A stretch of 64,000 bases of DNA from PVC group bacterium. Lineage in GTDB: Bacteria > Auribacterota > Erginobacteria > Erginobacterales > Erginobacteraceae. A model generated the notes under the pieces. The model ran no database searches. It saw nothing but the letters and a program-made list of their open reading frames with translations, and was not told the origin of the DNA. Position 1 is the first letter of the stretch, and each line of letters begins with the position of its first letter. Below, piece by piece: positions 49,944 to 59,038 of the stretch. The stretch covers positions 9,027 through 73,026 of the forward strand of contig JAZDIV010000043.1 of assembly GCA_043804695.1 (NCBI GenBank). Direction: 5' to 3'. Both the position numbers and the translations under genes were made by a program.

Positions 49944-51798
49944 GCAAAAAGCAGCCTTATTACTTTTTGGACTGCTGTTGGGGCTCATACTCCTGGAAAT
50001 AGGTCTGCGGGGCGCCGGATTTGTTCTCCTTTACCTCCAGGAACGAGATAACCGACAATCCCTGCAAGATAAGAGCGAATATGTCATCCTCTGTCTAGGG
50101 GAATCAACAACGGCAGTTGGAGGAAAAGACTCTTACCCGAAACAGCTCGATAACATCCTGAATGATAGAGGCGTGGGGAAAAAGGTTACCGTAGTAAATA
50201 AAGGGGTTATCGGTACCAATACCACTGCAATCGTTTCCCGATTGGCGGATTGTCTTAATACATACCAACCCGACATGGTGATTACCATGATGGGTATCAA
50301 TGAAGGGTTGGGAACAACCAACATTGAAAATCGCGCAGATGCGGACACTGGCTTCTTTCTCAGGAATTTTCGCGTGTATAAGCTGCTTCGACTCCTCTGG
50401 GACCGTGTTTTTTTCAACATTAAGCTGGCAGAAACGGCCCGGCAAAGAAAAAAGGAAGTGGAAGAAATCCTTACGCTCGCTGAAACGGCGATCATCGGAA
50501 ATGAATTGAGCCAGACTCGAACAAACTTTGACATTTTTTCAGAAGAAGTCGCGGCGATTATTGAAAAAGGGGACCGGTATTTTGACCAGGATAAATGGGA
50601 GGAAGCAGTCCCCTTCTACCGGAAAGCGCTCGAGTCAAACCCGGAAAATACTGCAATCCTCAGCAGGCTGGCAGCCTGCCTTCGAGAGCTGCAGCGGTTT
50701 AGAGAAGACAGGGAAATACTCCGGCAAGTGCTGTTGGTCGATCCTCAAAATCCGGACGTTTATATAGAACTGGGAAACTCATTTCGGAACCAGCAAGGAT
50801 GGGAAGCAGCCGAGGTGTTTTATCGGAAAGCCCTCGCATTATCCCCGGACTTTGCCCAGGCTTATCTGGAATGGGGTCGATCATACAAGATGCAGGGAGA
50901 TAGGAATAGAGCGGTGGAAATGTTCACAGAAGCAATGGAGCGCGACCCGGAAGATCTTTCCATCTATATGCAGTTAGCACACTATCATGATACGCTTGGC
51001 AACTATGACGAAGCCGAAAAAACGTTTAAAAAGGCCCTGGAACGCGATCCAAATTTTGCTGGTTGCTACGCTCAATTGGGACGTTTTTACGCTTGGCGGG
51101 GAAGAAATAAAGAAGCCGAAATAATGTGCAAAAAAGCGATCGAGCTCCACCCGGAGAATGAACTGGCCTATGCTGAATTAGGAGATATATACACAGCCCG
51201 AGGATGGCTTGAGAAGGCCGAAGAAATGTATCAAAAAGCGCTGGACATTAATCCTCTGAACAACATTGCCTTCCGTATTCTGGTCTTATGGTGCATCCGG
51301 GACGGGAGGTTTGAAAAGGCGGGAAAGTTGTGCAAAAAAATCCTTGAGATTAATCCTCAAGATGATAGGGCTCTCGGTATGCTGGCTATCTGTTATCAGT
51401 CACAGGGGAAAACAGAGCTGGCTGAACAATATTTCAAGAAAGCACATGGCTTGAGAGCACAATGTGTTAATTCAACCATCGCCGGAAATTATCAAAAAGC
51501 AAGAAAGCTGGTCACGGAAAGAGGAGTACAACTGGTCTGCGTGCAGTATCCGATGCGCAATGTGGAGAATCTAAAACGGATCTTCCCGGAACCGGAAGGG
51601 ATCATTTTCGTTGACAATGAAGATGTTTTCAAAAGTGCGCTGCAGGAGGGGAGTTACGGAGATTATTTTACCGATTGCTTCGCCGGCGATTTCGGGCACT
51701 GTACACCCGCCGGCAACCATCTTTTAGCCGAAAATATTGCCGATACCATCCTTCCCGCCATTGAACAAAAGAAGGAGCCGGGCCCCGGGAGAAATTAA
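49909..51798 (+). CDS. Membrane-anchored SGNH/GDSL-type hydrolase interrupted by a ~330-aa TPR array
   Basis: Block I is ILCLGESTT, block II VVNKGVIGTNT and block III ITMMGINEG, all near the N-terminus. Block V DFGHCTPAGNHLLAENI lies at the extreme C-terminus. Multiple TPRs fall between (e.g. AVPFYRKALESNPEN, AEVFYRKALALSPDF). The track start is TTG 49873; ATG 49909 and GTG 49927 are alternatives. Confidence 0.6.
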   Translation: MNLPSLVKTTVKQKAALLLFGLLLGLILLEIGLRGAGFVLLYLQERDNRQSLQDKSEYVILCLGESTTAVGGKDSYPKQLDNILNDRGVGKKVTVVNKGVIGTNTTAIVSRLADCLNTYQPDMVITMMGINEGLGTTNIENRADADTGFFLRNFRVYKLLRLLWDRVFFNIKLAETARQRKKEVEEILTLAETAIIGNELSQTRTNFDIFSEEVAAIIEKGDRYFDQDKWEEAVPFYRKALESNPENTAILSRLAACLRELQRFREDREILRQVLLVDPQNPDVYIELGNSFRNQQGWEAAEVFYRKALALSPDFAQAYLEWGRSYKMQGDRNRAVEMFTEAMERDPEDLSIYMQLAHYHDTLGNYDEAEKTFKKALERDPNFAGCYAQLGRFYAWRGRNKEAEIMCKKAIELHPENELAYAELGDIYTARGWLEKAEEMYQKALDINPLNNIAFRILVLWCIRDGRFEKAGKLCKKILEINPQDDRALGMLAICYQSQGKTELAEQYFKKAHGLRAQCVNSTIAGNYQKARKLVTERGVQLVCVQYPMRNVENLKRIFPEPEGIIFVDNEDVFKSALQEGSYGDYFTDCFAGDFGHCTPAGNHLLAENIADTILPAIEQKKEPGPGRN

Positions 51799-51820
51799 TT
51801 GCAGACCGTCCGGTGTGTAT

Positions 51821-54388
51821 CTACGGGCGTTGCTTTCCGATACCCCGCTGCCTGTCCCGGAAACCCTTCCTGGCCCCCCACCCCAGTAAACCCAGGATTA
51901 CCATGCCCCAGGAGATCGCGGAGATTACCGCTCCGATCTTCCAGGAAGGTGGACTGAAAACCAGATTAATATGGTGCGTTCCTTCTTCAAGCCAGACCCC
52001 TCTCTGGAGATAGTTTACCCGATAGAGGGGGACCGGCTCTCCATCTACCCGCGCTTCCCACCCGGGATACCAGACTTCGGTTAGGACCAGCATGGCCGGC
52101 CGGGTTATCTCCACATCGATTTCCATCCGGTTCGGGTTGCTGAAATTCAGGCGGGTGATGGGGTTCGCGGCCTGGAGTTCGTTGAAGTGCTTGATGGATG
52201 CGGGATCCCGATTAAAAGAAGGGTAATCAGTAATCAGTGACTGGTAATCAGTTTGCCCCCCCCGATCACTGATTACTGATAACCGATTACTGCCCTCTGA
52301 TAACTGATTACTCTCATCAATAAATACTCCCTTCCTCAAGTCCCCCTTCACCAGTTCCTCCATCGCCTCATCTTCCGAACATCTGACAACCCGGTCCAGG
52401 GTAAAGGCCCGGGGAAGAACTCCGGGATTGCGATGGAGATAAAAATCCGGTCTTGTTTCGATCTTTTCGGTCCTGCCGCCCGGAAAGGGGGTAGCGGGCC
52501 GGGAATCGAGAAGGCAGCCCACGGACATATTGCTTAAGAAATCCGGATGGATCGGGCGGGGAAACTCCCAGTAAAGCGGCCAGTCAACCGGGCGCCCATA
52601 CGTTTCTTCGAACGCCTTCCTGAACCGCCTTTCCAGCGGCTTCATATCGTAGCCCATAAAAGCGAAGCTGCCTTCCAGGTAGGCAAAGTTATCGTGGAAA
52701 GGCTGGTCGGTCGCCCAGCGGAGCGAAGAGTCGTCTCGGAGCGCGGCCAGCGTCCCCAGCACTCTTTGCACCATCGGGTGAGACCGGGGGCCAAGACTCC
52801 GGCGGTGCTCGGGCCGGGGATCATGAAAGCGAAAGGTGCAGAAGTAAAATGCCGCGAACGTGAAGATCGATGCCTCCAAAATAACCAGCGCGGCCACCAC
52901 AATTGCCCGGGGCATTCCCCGCAAACCCCGCCAAGTTAAAACAAGAATACAACCGGCCGCGACAAAGTAGAGGACCGGGCCTTTGATAAACCATTCCAGG
53001 TTGTCCCGGCGGATGATTTCATTCAAGCCGGGCAAAGAAAAACTCCCGCTCAACCAGCCCCGGACCCCGTCGTAACCGAAGAGCGCCAGAAGGCTGGAGA
53101 TAAAAGCCAGAGCGAGGTACCCGCAAATAAGTTTTCGGGGCCAGCCCGTTGAAGCCCATTTGCCCGAGATCAGGTATTCCATCCCCAGACCAGCCAGCCA
53201 AGAGGTGGCGATCACCTGCAACAGCCGGTAGCGGATGGGGAAGGGAAACAGCGAGAGGATCGGAACCCCTTTATAGAAAAGATAATAAAACGGGGCATGC
53301 CTTCCCAGCATCAACAGCACGGAAAATATCCAGAGCAAACATGCAAATATTGCCCAGAATCGCAGTCTCCGGTGTCGGGCGCGTTTTACGACCAGGAGAA
53401 CGCCGGCCAGGGCGAGAAAGGTGAGCAGCAGCCCCCCACCCAGGTTGGCGTCCCAGAACCGGACCCCCTGGGTAATCGAGTCCACCCAGTTGCGGTTATT
53501 GAGACCGCTTACGGTCCCGAAGAGATCGGGGATGAAGATGGTCGCCAAGTAGATCGGGGGCATCGAGCCGTCTCCGCCGGTCATCGCCTCATAGGTCTCC
53601 TCCAGATGCAGCTCGGTATGAGCCGACCCGTCGAGGGCCGAAACCCAGAAGACAGCGGAGAGGGCCAACCCGAGCAATACCGCTCCTCCCAGCTGGAGTG
53701 GAGCCCGGAAGAAACGAAGTTTTTTCTTCCCCCTGAGCCAGCGAAGCCCCAGCCCCAGGGCAAGCAACCCGCCCAGGAGGAGACCGTAGCCGACGTGGGG
53801 CGGCTGGGCAGCCAGCAGCATCAGGGCGAAGATACAGCCGCCGGCGGCGACCCTGCCGAAGCCGGCCCCTCGGTCCATCAGGACCACCGCCAGCAGGAAC
53901 CAGGGGAGCCAGGCCTGGACGTTCACCACCGGGGGCCAGACATAAGAGTAGGAGAAGGCGGGGCTGAAAAGATACACCCAGGCGGCGATGAAAGCGGGGA
54001 AAGGACGCAGCCGAATCCCGAGGCGGGCCAGGGCATACATCCCGATGGCGGCCAGGGCGTAATGAAGAAGCAGCGGGATCAGACTGATTACGAGATAGGC
54101 CTGGTCGAGATCATCAAGGCGGCTGAGGAGGAGAAAGGGCCAGAGCGGCAGGTAGTAAGTATCGGCATAGAAGCGGGCATAAAATGGCTTGGCCCCGCAC
54201 CAGGTTTCACTATCCCAGAGCGGGATCACACCGCTCTTCATATGGCGGGCCAGGTAATACTGCCAGGGGAAGACGTCCATCGCCACGTCATCGTGAAATA
54301 TCCCCCGCCAGCCGATCAGGGCGGGCAGAAAGAGCGCCCATACGGCCAGGAAGAGGAAAATTACGGCTATGAGATCAGCTTTCTTCAT
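51821..54388 (-). CDS. YfhO-like GT-C membrane glycosyltransferase (family Y, intact copy)
   Basis: 855 aa and polytopic. The N-terminal region GIFHDDVAMDVFPWQYYLARHMKSGVIPLWDSETWCGAKPFYA is YfhO-like. The C-terminal domain ends with a TM anchor, and the RVNYLQRGVW motif is shared with 54495..56972. Confidence 0.65.
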   Translation of the reverse strand: MKKADLIAVIFLFLAVWALFLPALIGWRGIFHDDVAMDVFPWQYYLARHMKSGVIPLWDSETWCGAKPFYARFYADTYYLPLWPFLLLSRLDDLDQAYLVISLIPLLLHYALAAIGMYALARLGIRLRPFPAFIAAWVYLFSPAFSYSYVWPPVVNVQAWLPWFLLAVVLMDRGAGFGRVAAGGCIFALMLLAAQPPHVGYGLLLGGLLALGLGLRWLRGKKKLRFFRAPLQLGGAVLLGLALSAVFWVSALDGSAHTELHLEETYEAMTGGDGSMPPIYLATIFIPDLFGTVSGLNNRNWVDSITQGVRFWDANLGGGLLLTFLALAGVLLVVKRARHRRLRFWAIFACLLWIFSVLLMLGRHAPFYYLFYKGVPILSLFPFPIRYRLLQVIATSWLAGLGMEYLISGKWASTGWPRKLICGYLALAFISSLLALFGYDGVRGWLSGSFSLPGLNEIIRRDNLEWFIKGPVLYFVAAGCILVLTWRGLRGMPRAIVVAALVILEASIFTFAAFYFCTFRFHDPRPEHRRSLGPRSHPMVQRVLGTLAALRDDSSLRWATDQPFHDNFAYLEGSFAFMGYDMKPLERRFRKAFEETYGRPVDWPLYWEFPRPIHPDFLSNMSVGCLLDSRPATPFPGGRTEKIETRPDFYLHRNPGVLPRAFTLDRVVRCSEDEAMEELVKGDLRKGVFIDESNQLSEGSNRLSVISDRGGQTDYQSLITDYPSFNRDPASIKHFNELQAANPITRLNFSNPNRMEIDVEITRPAMLVLTEVWYPGWEARVDGEPVPLYRVNYLQRGVWLEEGTHHINLVFSPPSWKIGAVISAISWGMVILGLLGWGARKGFRDRQRGIGKQRP

Positions 54389-54390
54389 TA

Positions 54391-54419
54391 TAAATTAGCG
54401 AGCTTCGCTCGCTAATTTA
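54391..54419. promoter_or_regulatory. Perfect 13-bp-stem hairpin TAAATTAGCGAGC-ttc-GCTCGCTAATTTA abutting the YfhO-like start codon
   Basis: It lies 2 nt upstream (minus sense) of ATG 54388 and 75 nt downstream of the preceding stop. A degenerate relative is at 21285..21313 in the same position relative to another ATG. Confidence 0.6.
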
Positions 54420-54494
54420 GGTTAAATTTTTTCGTTTTGTTCACTATTGGTGATATCTATATCAATCACCGCATCGCTTGGTTTTCAGCTCGGA

Positions 54495-56972
54495 TCATTG
54501 CCGGCGGCGAGAACGGAACGACAGCCGGATCAGCCCGAGCAGGGCCAGGAGTCCCGCGCCGGTCATCGCCAGCCCCGGTCCGATTGAAGACGGCCGGAAC
54601 GCCATCTCGATCCGGCACTCCCCGGGCGGGCACCAGATCCCCCTCTGGAGGTAATTTACCCGGTGAACAGGGACCGGTTCCCCGTTCAAGGTCGCCCGCC
54701 AATCCGGATGGTAAACATCGGTCATCACCAGCATAGCCGGAGTCGAACTTTCCGCGTCGATCACTACCCGGTTGGGGTTGGAGAGATCGAGAGCGGTCAC
54801 CCTGTTCTTTTCCTGCAGGCGTAAAAAATTCTCTTCCCCATCTGCTTCGTTCCCATCCCTTGGCACCGGATAGCTATCCGGCGAGGGGCGGGCGGCCCAG
54901 GTTTCCGGGTCGCACCAACCGATACTCCGAAGATCGGAATTGAGGAGGGCTTCTCTCTGTTCCTCTTCGGCGGCGGGGCGCCAGCGATCCTGGAAATAAA
55001 TCCGGGGCAACGCACCGATTGCTTCGCAACCGAAATCGCCGTTGATCATTTTTCTATATTCCAAATGGGGATAATTCAATCGGGCGGACGACAGGAAATA
55101 ACGCGCGCTCATATTCAGCCAGAACCGCGAACCCCATTTTCTGACCTTGAGTTCGTAAGGAAACCCCTCCGTCAACTCCTCGACGATCTCCTGGAAACGA
55201 GGGTCAAGAGGCTTGATATCAAACCCCAGCATCGAGAGCGAGTCGTCCCGCCAGGCCAGGTTATCGAAGTAGGACCGGTAGTAGAGCCTCCGGTAGAGGC
55301 CGCCTTCCCCTTCCCCCTCCGGTTGCCAGTTGAGAATTTTTTGGTAAATCGGGTCTTCGTCCGGTCCGATATATCGCTCGGCGTACATATCCCGGTAGCG
55401 GTGGTTGAGGACCCGGTTGTGATAAAACGCCCGGTAGGAGAAGAAGATCAGTTCCCCCGCCGCCGTTACGATGAGAAGGGTTCGCAGGTACTTTCCGCCC
55501 CTGACCCCGGCGATCAGAAGCAGCTAGCACGCCCCCAGAATCAGGTATAAGACCGGCCCGCGGATAAACCAGGGCCAATCCCCGAGCGCCGTCAATTGCC
55601 GGAATCCGGGCGAGAATAAATTACCCCTGATATCGGAATAAGGGGATACGAGAGCCAGACCGGCCAGCAGGAGAACGAAAAGCAGATAGATAACCGCCGG
55701 GCGGATCAACCGCGGCGGGCGATAGCGAGCCATAAGTTCGACCGAGACCCCGAGCAGGCCGGCCAGGGCGAAACACTCGATGCTCCGGAAGCGAACCGGA
55801 TAAGGCATCCGGAGAACCGGGATCAGAACCCGGAAAAAGCCGTAAGCCGGGGTGTATCTTCCCAGGATCACCAGAACCCCGAAGATGAAGATGGCGAAAA
55901 AGCCCCACCAGTACTGCCGGAGAGAGCGGCCCCTTTCGTCGCCTCCCTTTCGCCCCGGGAAGCTGAGAAAGCCGGCGAAAACCAGGAATAAAAGGAACAG
56001 ACCTCCCAGCAGATTAGCGTCGTTCAGGGTGAGGTTCATCCGGTGAGCCGCCCCCCAGGTATGGTGGCTGGTCACCCCCCCGAAGTAATCGGGGAGGAAG
56101 AGGGTGACCAGGTAAAGGGGGGGCATACTCTGGGCCAGCCTCGACAGCTCCTCGACCGCCTCTCCCGTCTCCACCCCCAGCATCCGAAGCCCGGAGATCA
56201 TATTCCCCCAGTAAACCCCGGCCAGGAGAAAACCGATCCCGAAGAAGGCGATCCCTCCCCCGGCGACGCGCCAGACTACCTTCCAATCCTTCCTCTTCAG
56301 GCCCGGGATAACCAGAGTCAGACCGAAGAGAGCGGTAATGAAGAGCAGGTGCGCCAATACCGGGACATCGCCGGACGGGGAGACCAGGGCGAAGGCCCCC
56401 GCACCCAGGATCAGCCATCGGTACCGGCCGCTTTTCGCGAACCGGATCAGGCAGAGACAGAAGAGCGGGAGCCAGGCCTGGATCAGGACTTCCGGGGGGC
56501 AGAGCGAGAAATAGATCATCGCCGGGCTGAGTGTGTAAGCGAGGGAGAAGAGGAACGATCCCGGCCGGCCGAGTTCGAGTCCGCGCCGGCAGAAGAGATA
56601 GGAAAACCAGGCGGAGAGGAGATACGAAACCGTCAGGGGGAGCTTTATCAGCCAGAGATAATCGCGGACCGGATCGAGACCTCCCAGAATAAGAAAAATC
56701 CAGTTAATGGGAGCGAGCGCACTCTGGAAAGGATGGGCGTAAAAAGGGCTCGCCCCCGCCGTCAGGTGCGGGTTCCACCAGGGGATAATCCCCCGGACCA
56801 GGGCCCGGGAGAGAAACGACTGCTGGGGGTAGAAAAAAAACGCTATATCATCGAAGAAAAACTTCTCCCAGCCGGCCAGCAGGGGCAGGAAAAAGAGAGT
56901 TAGCAGCATCGTTAGGACAACAAAAGGAGGCCAGCGGCAAGAGATCTTTTGTTGTCCTTGGTCATTATTCAT
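54495..56972 (-). pseudogene. YfhO-like GT-C gene (family Y, second copy) interrupted by a single in-frame TAG at 55526..55524
   Basis: ORFs 55524..56972 and 54495..55388 are in the same frame (2478 nt = 826 codons). My translation across the gap is open except for that one TAG: ...GPVLYLILGAC*LLLIAGVRGGKYLRTLLIVTAAGELIFF... This aligns to GPVLYFVAAGCILVLTWRGLRG... of the 855-aa paralog. Confidence 0.7.
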
Positions 56973-59022
56973 AAAAACCTAATTCGGAGAGCGCCAGGAA
57001 GTAATCCCGACTGTTGTCCGGATTGTTTACCAGGTAAAGCTTATAGAATCGATACGATCGATCCGGAGTAATGTTCCAATAAATCCACTCGTTGAGATTC
57101 GGATTGCGCGGACCTTCCAGGAGAGATACCGGCTCCCAATTGAGTCGATCCCGGCTTCCCAGTAGCAGTCCTCTTTTTAGAAATGCCTGAGGATTGTGGG
57201 GGGCGGGCAAGGCCGCCACGGTACGAACTCGGACAGCCCCTTCCCGCCCCAGATCGACTTCCAGCCAGGACGGGCGGGTAACAAAATCCTCCAAGACCAG
57301 GATATGCCAGATTGTGTCATAATTATCATCGATCAGATTCTCGGCTCCCAGACCCGGCCCGTTCTGATCGGAGACTCTCAGACAAACATCGCGAGCCGAC
57401 AGAAGATTACCGGGTTTTTGGTCAGGAATTATTTGATCAGCTGCCTGAATCGGTTGGGCTGTCCCGACCTCCTTTTCCAGCCGATCAATGGTCCGGAACA
57501 GCCAGGAATATTCCATTTCCGCAAAGAACCAGTAGGAGCGGCGGGGATAATTTTTCCTTAATTCCTCCAATACCCCCGGCTGATCCCGATTCTTCCAGAT
57601 GTCCATAACCATCTGTCGGGTCAGGTCGATCCCATCATTCTCCATCCTGGCGGTATGTGGATATAGCACTCCGATAGGGCGTCCGTGATCAAGATACCAG
57701 GAACGGCCGAGCACGATAAAATTATACCCGCTGAGCAGAAGAAGGAATATAAAAATAACCAGGCCGATCGGCTGATACCGTTTTTTCCGGGAAGGAAGAA
57801 TCAAGGCGACCAATATTACCCAGAATACCGGGAAAAGCGTTCCGTAATAATAGCTTGATCGAACTGTTTTCCCTTTCTTGGTGAGAAGCATCGTTTCAAA
57901 GATAAAGAATAAAATGATCACCAGAAATACCCGGACAATTATTTTTTTCCTGGCTGAAGAAGCCCGGGAAAACATCAGCAGGAAATACCCCCCAAAAAAG
58001 GTGGGAATCAAAACGCTCAACGCGGATATTTCCAGATCCCCCGATGAGATTCTGATACTGATATAGTCAAAAAGAATGTTCCGGGCGTTAATCAGAATAT
58101 TTAGCGGGACAAACTTTGCCCACACTCCGTATTCAGGATCGCCAAACGGATGGAGCTCGCACTGCCAGAAATTGAAATTTCCGAAACCCAAATTTTCGAT
58201 TATTCGGGGAGCAGGCCAGGTCACAAAAAGAACAAAAATTACCGGTATCAAGCAGTAAGAGAAAATCCTCAACCATCTCGGCGGCCGGGAAAACAATAGA
58301 GCGGGGAATAAAACCGGTACCGCGATAAAAATGAACCAGAAGGATTCATCAAGAAAGAATGACATGAAAATACTTGATACCAGCAATAAGAACCACCCGG
58401 TATTTTTTCCCTCCCGATCATTCCCCCGGCAGGAAACGATAACAGAAGCGCAATAAAGGCAAAAAATAGCGGCAAAACGGGAGAGAGGTTTCCCGGGATG
58501 AAAAAACATCACGATCCCGGAAAGAAAACCGGTGGATAAATAATAAAGTGATATCCCCATCCAGGCGGAAATCCTGTTCCGGCTGAGATTATAGATGAGT
58601 TTCCAGAGGAAAATAGGGCTAAGCAATAGGCTGAAAACCCAGGTTAGAGACAAACTAAGGAGCGGCGGAAAATTCTGAAAAAAACAGTTTCTGAATTTCA
58701 GATCCACAACCGTCCATACATAAGATAGGAAACGGGTACGCATGGCCCCGTCAAAACTCCAGAAATCAAAGCCCCGCAAAAGATCTTCGGCAACCAGGTC
58801 GTGCCGGTTACCGAGCGCGATGGGGAGGTGGCGGCTGACCGTCTCCGGGTGAACCCAGGTCAGATTTGGCTCAGAGAGACAATAAACCACAAACAGCACC
58901 GAGAGGATAAAGATGAGAATATAAATTCCGGGGTGGGCGACGCCAGGATATTTTTTATCGAATATGTCTTTACCGCCGGTACCGGCGATATTGGTATGAG
59001 ATAGATTTGATTTCACGACCAA
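56965..59022 (-). CDS. Polytopic membrane protein (family B, copy 2) fused to a C-terminal F5/8 type C (discoidin/CBM32-like) domain
   Basis: 685 aa with a TTG or GTG start. The N-terminal 480 aa are paralogous to 11050..12549. The C-terminus AENLIDDNYDTIWH...PSWLEVDLGREGAVRVRTV...LLLGSRDRLNWEPV...YRFYKLYL...LSELGFYE fits the discoidin-domain pattern. Confidence 0.65.
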   Translation of the reverse strand: MVVKSNLSHTNIAGTGGKDIFDKKYPGVAHPGIYILIFILSVLFVVYCLSEPNLTWVHPETVSRHLPIALGNRHDLVAEDLLRGFDFWSFDGAMRTRFLSYVWTVVDLKFRNCFFQNFPPLLSLSLTWVFSLLLSPIFLWKLIYNLSRNRISAWMGISLYYLSTGFLSGIVMFFHPGKPLSRFAAIFCLYCASVIVSCRGNDREGKNTGWFLLLVSSIFMSFFLDESFWFIFIAVPVLFPALLFSRPPRWLRIFSYCLIPVIFVLFVTWPAPRIIENLGFGNFNFWQCELHPFGDPEYGVWAKFVPLNILINARNILFDYISIRISSGDLEISALSVLIPTFFGGYFLLMFSRASSARKKIIVRVFLVIILFFIFETMLLTKKGKTVRSSYYYGTLFPVFWVILVALILPSRKKRYQPIGLVIFIFLLLLSGYNFIVLGRSWYLDHGRPIGVLYPHTARMENDGIDLTRQMVMDIWKNRDQPGVLEELRKNYPRRSYWFFAEMEYSWLFRTIDRLEKEVGTAQPIQAADQIIPDQKPGNLLSARDVCLRVSDQNGPGLGAENLIDDNYDTIWHILVLEDFVTRPSWLEVDLGREGAVRVRTVAALPAPHNPQAFLKRGLLLGSRDRLNWEPVSLLEGPRNPNLNEWIYWNITPDRSYRFYKLYLVNNPDNSRDYFLALSELGFYE

Positions 59023-59038
59023 AAATCAGGTGAAATAG

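Noticed and set aside
55524-55526. Genome-wide TAG reassignment (e.g. pyrrolysine) as the explanation of the in-frame TAG
   Set aside because: TAG terminates several well-bounded genes in this window (e.g. 6564, 18368, 19640, 31442, 37667, 44123, 46904). No pyl genes are visible here. Local read-through cannot be excluded but is not supported.
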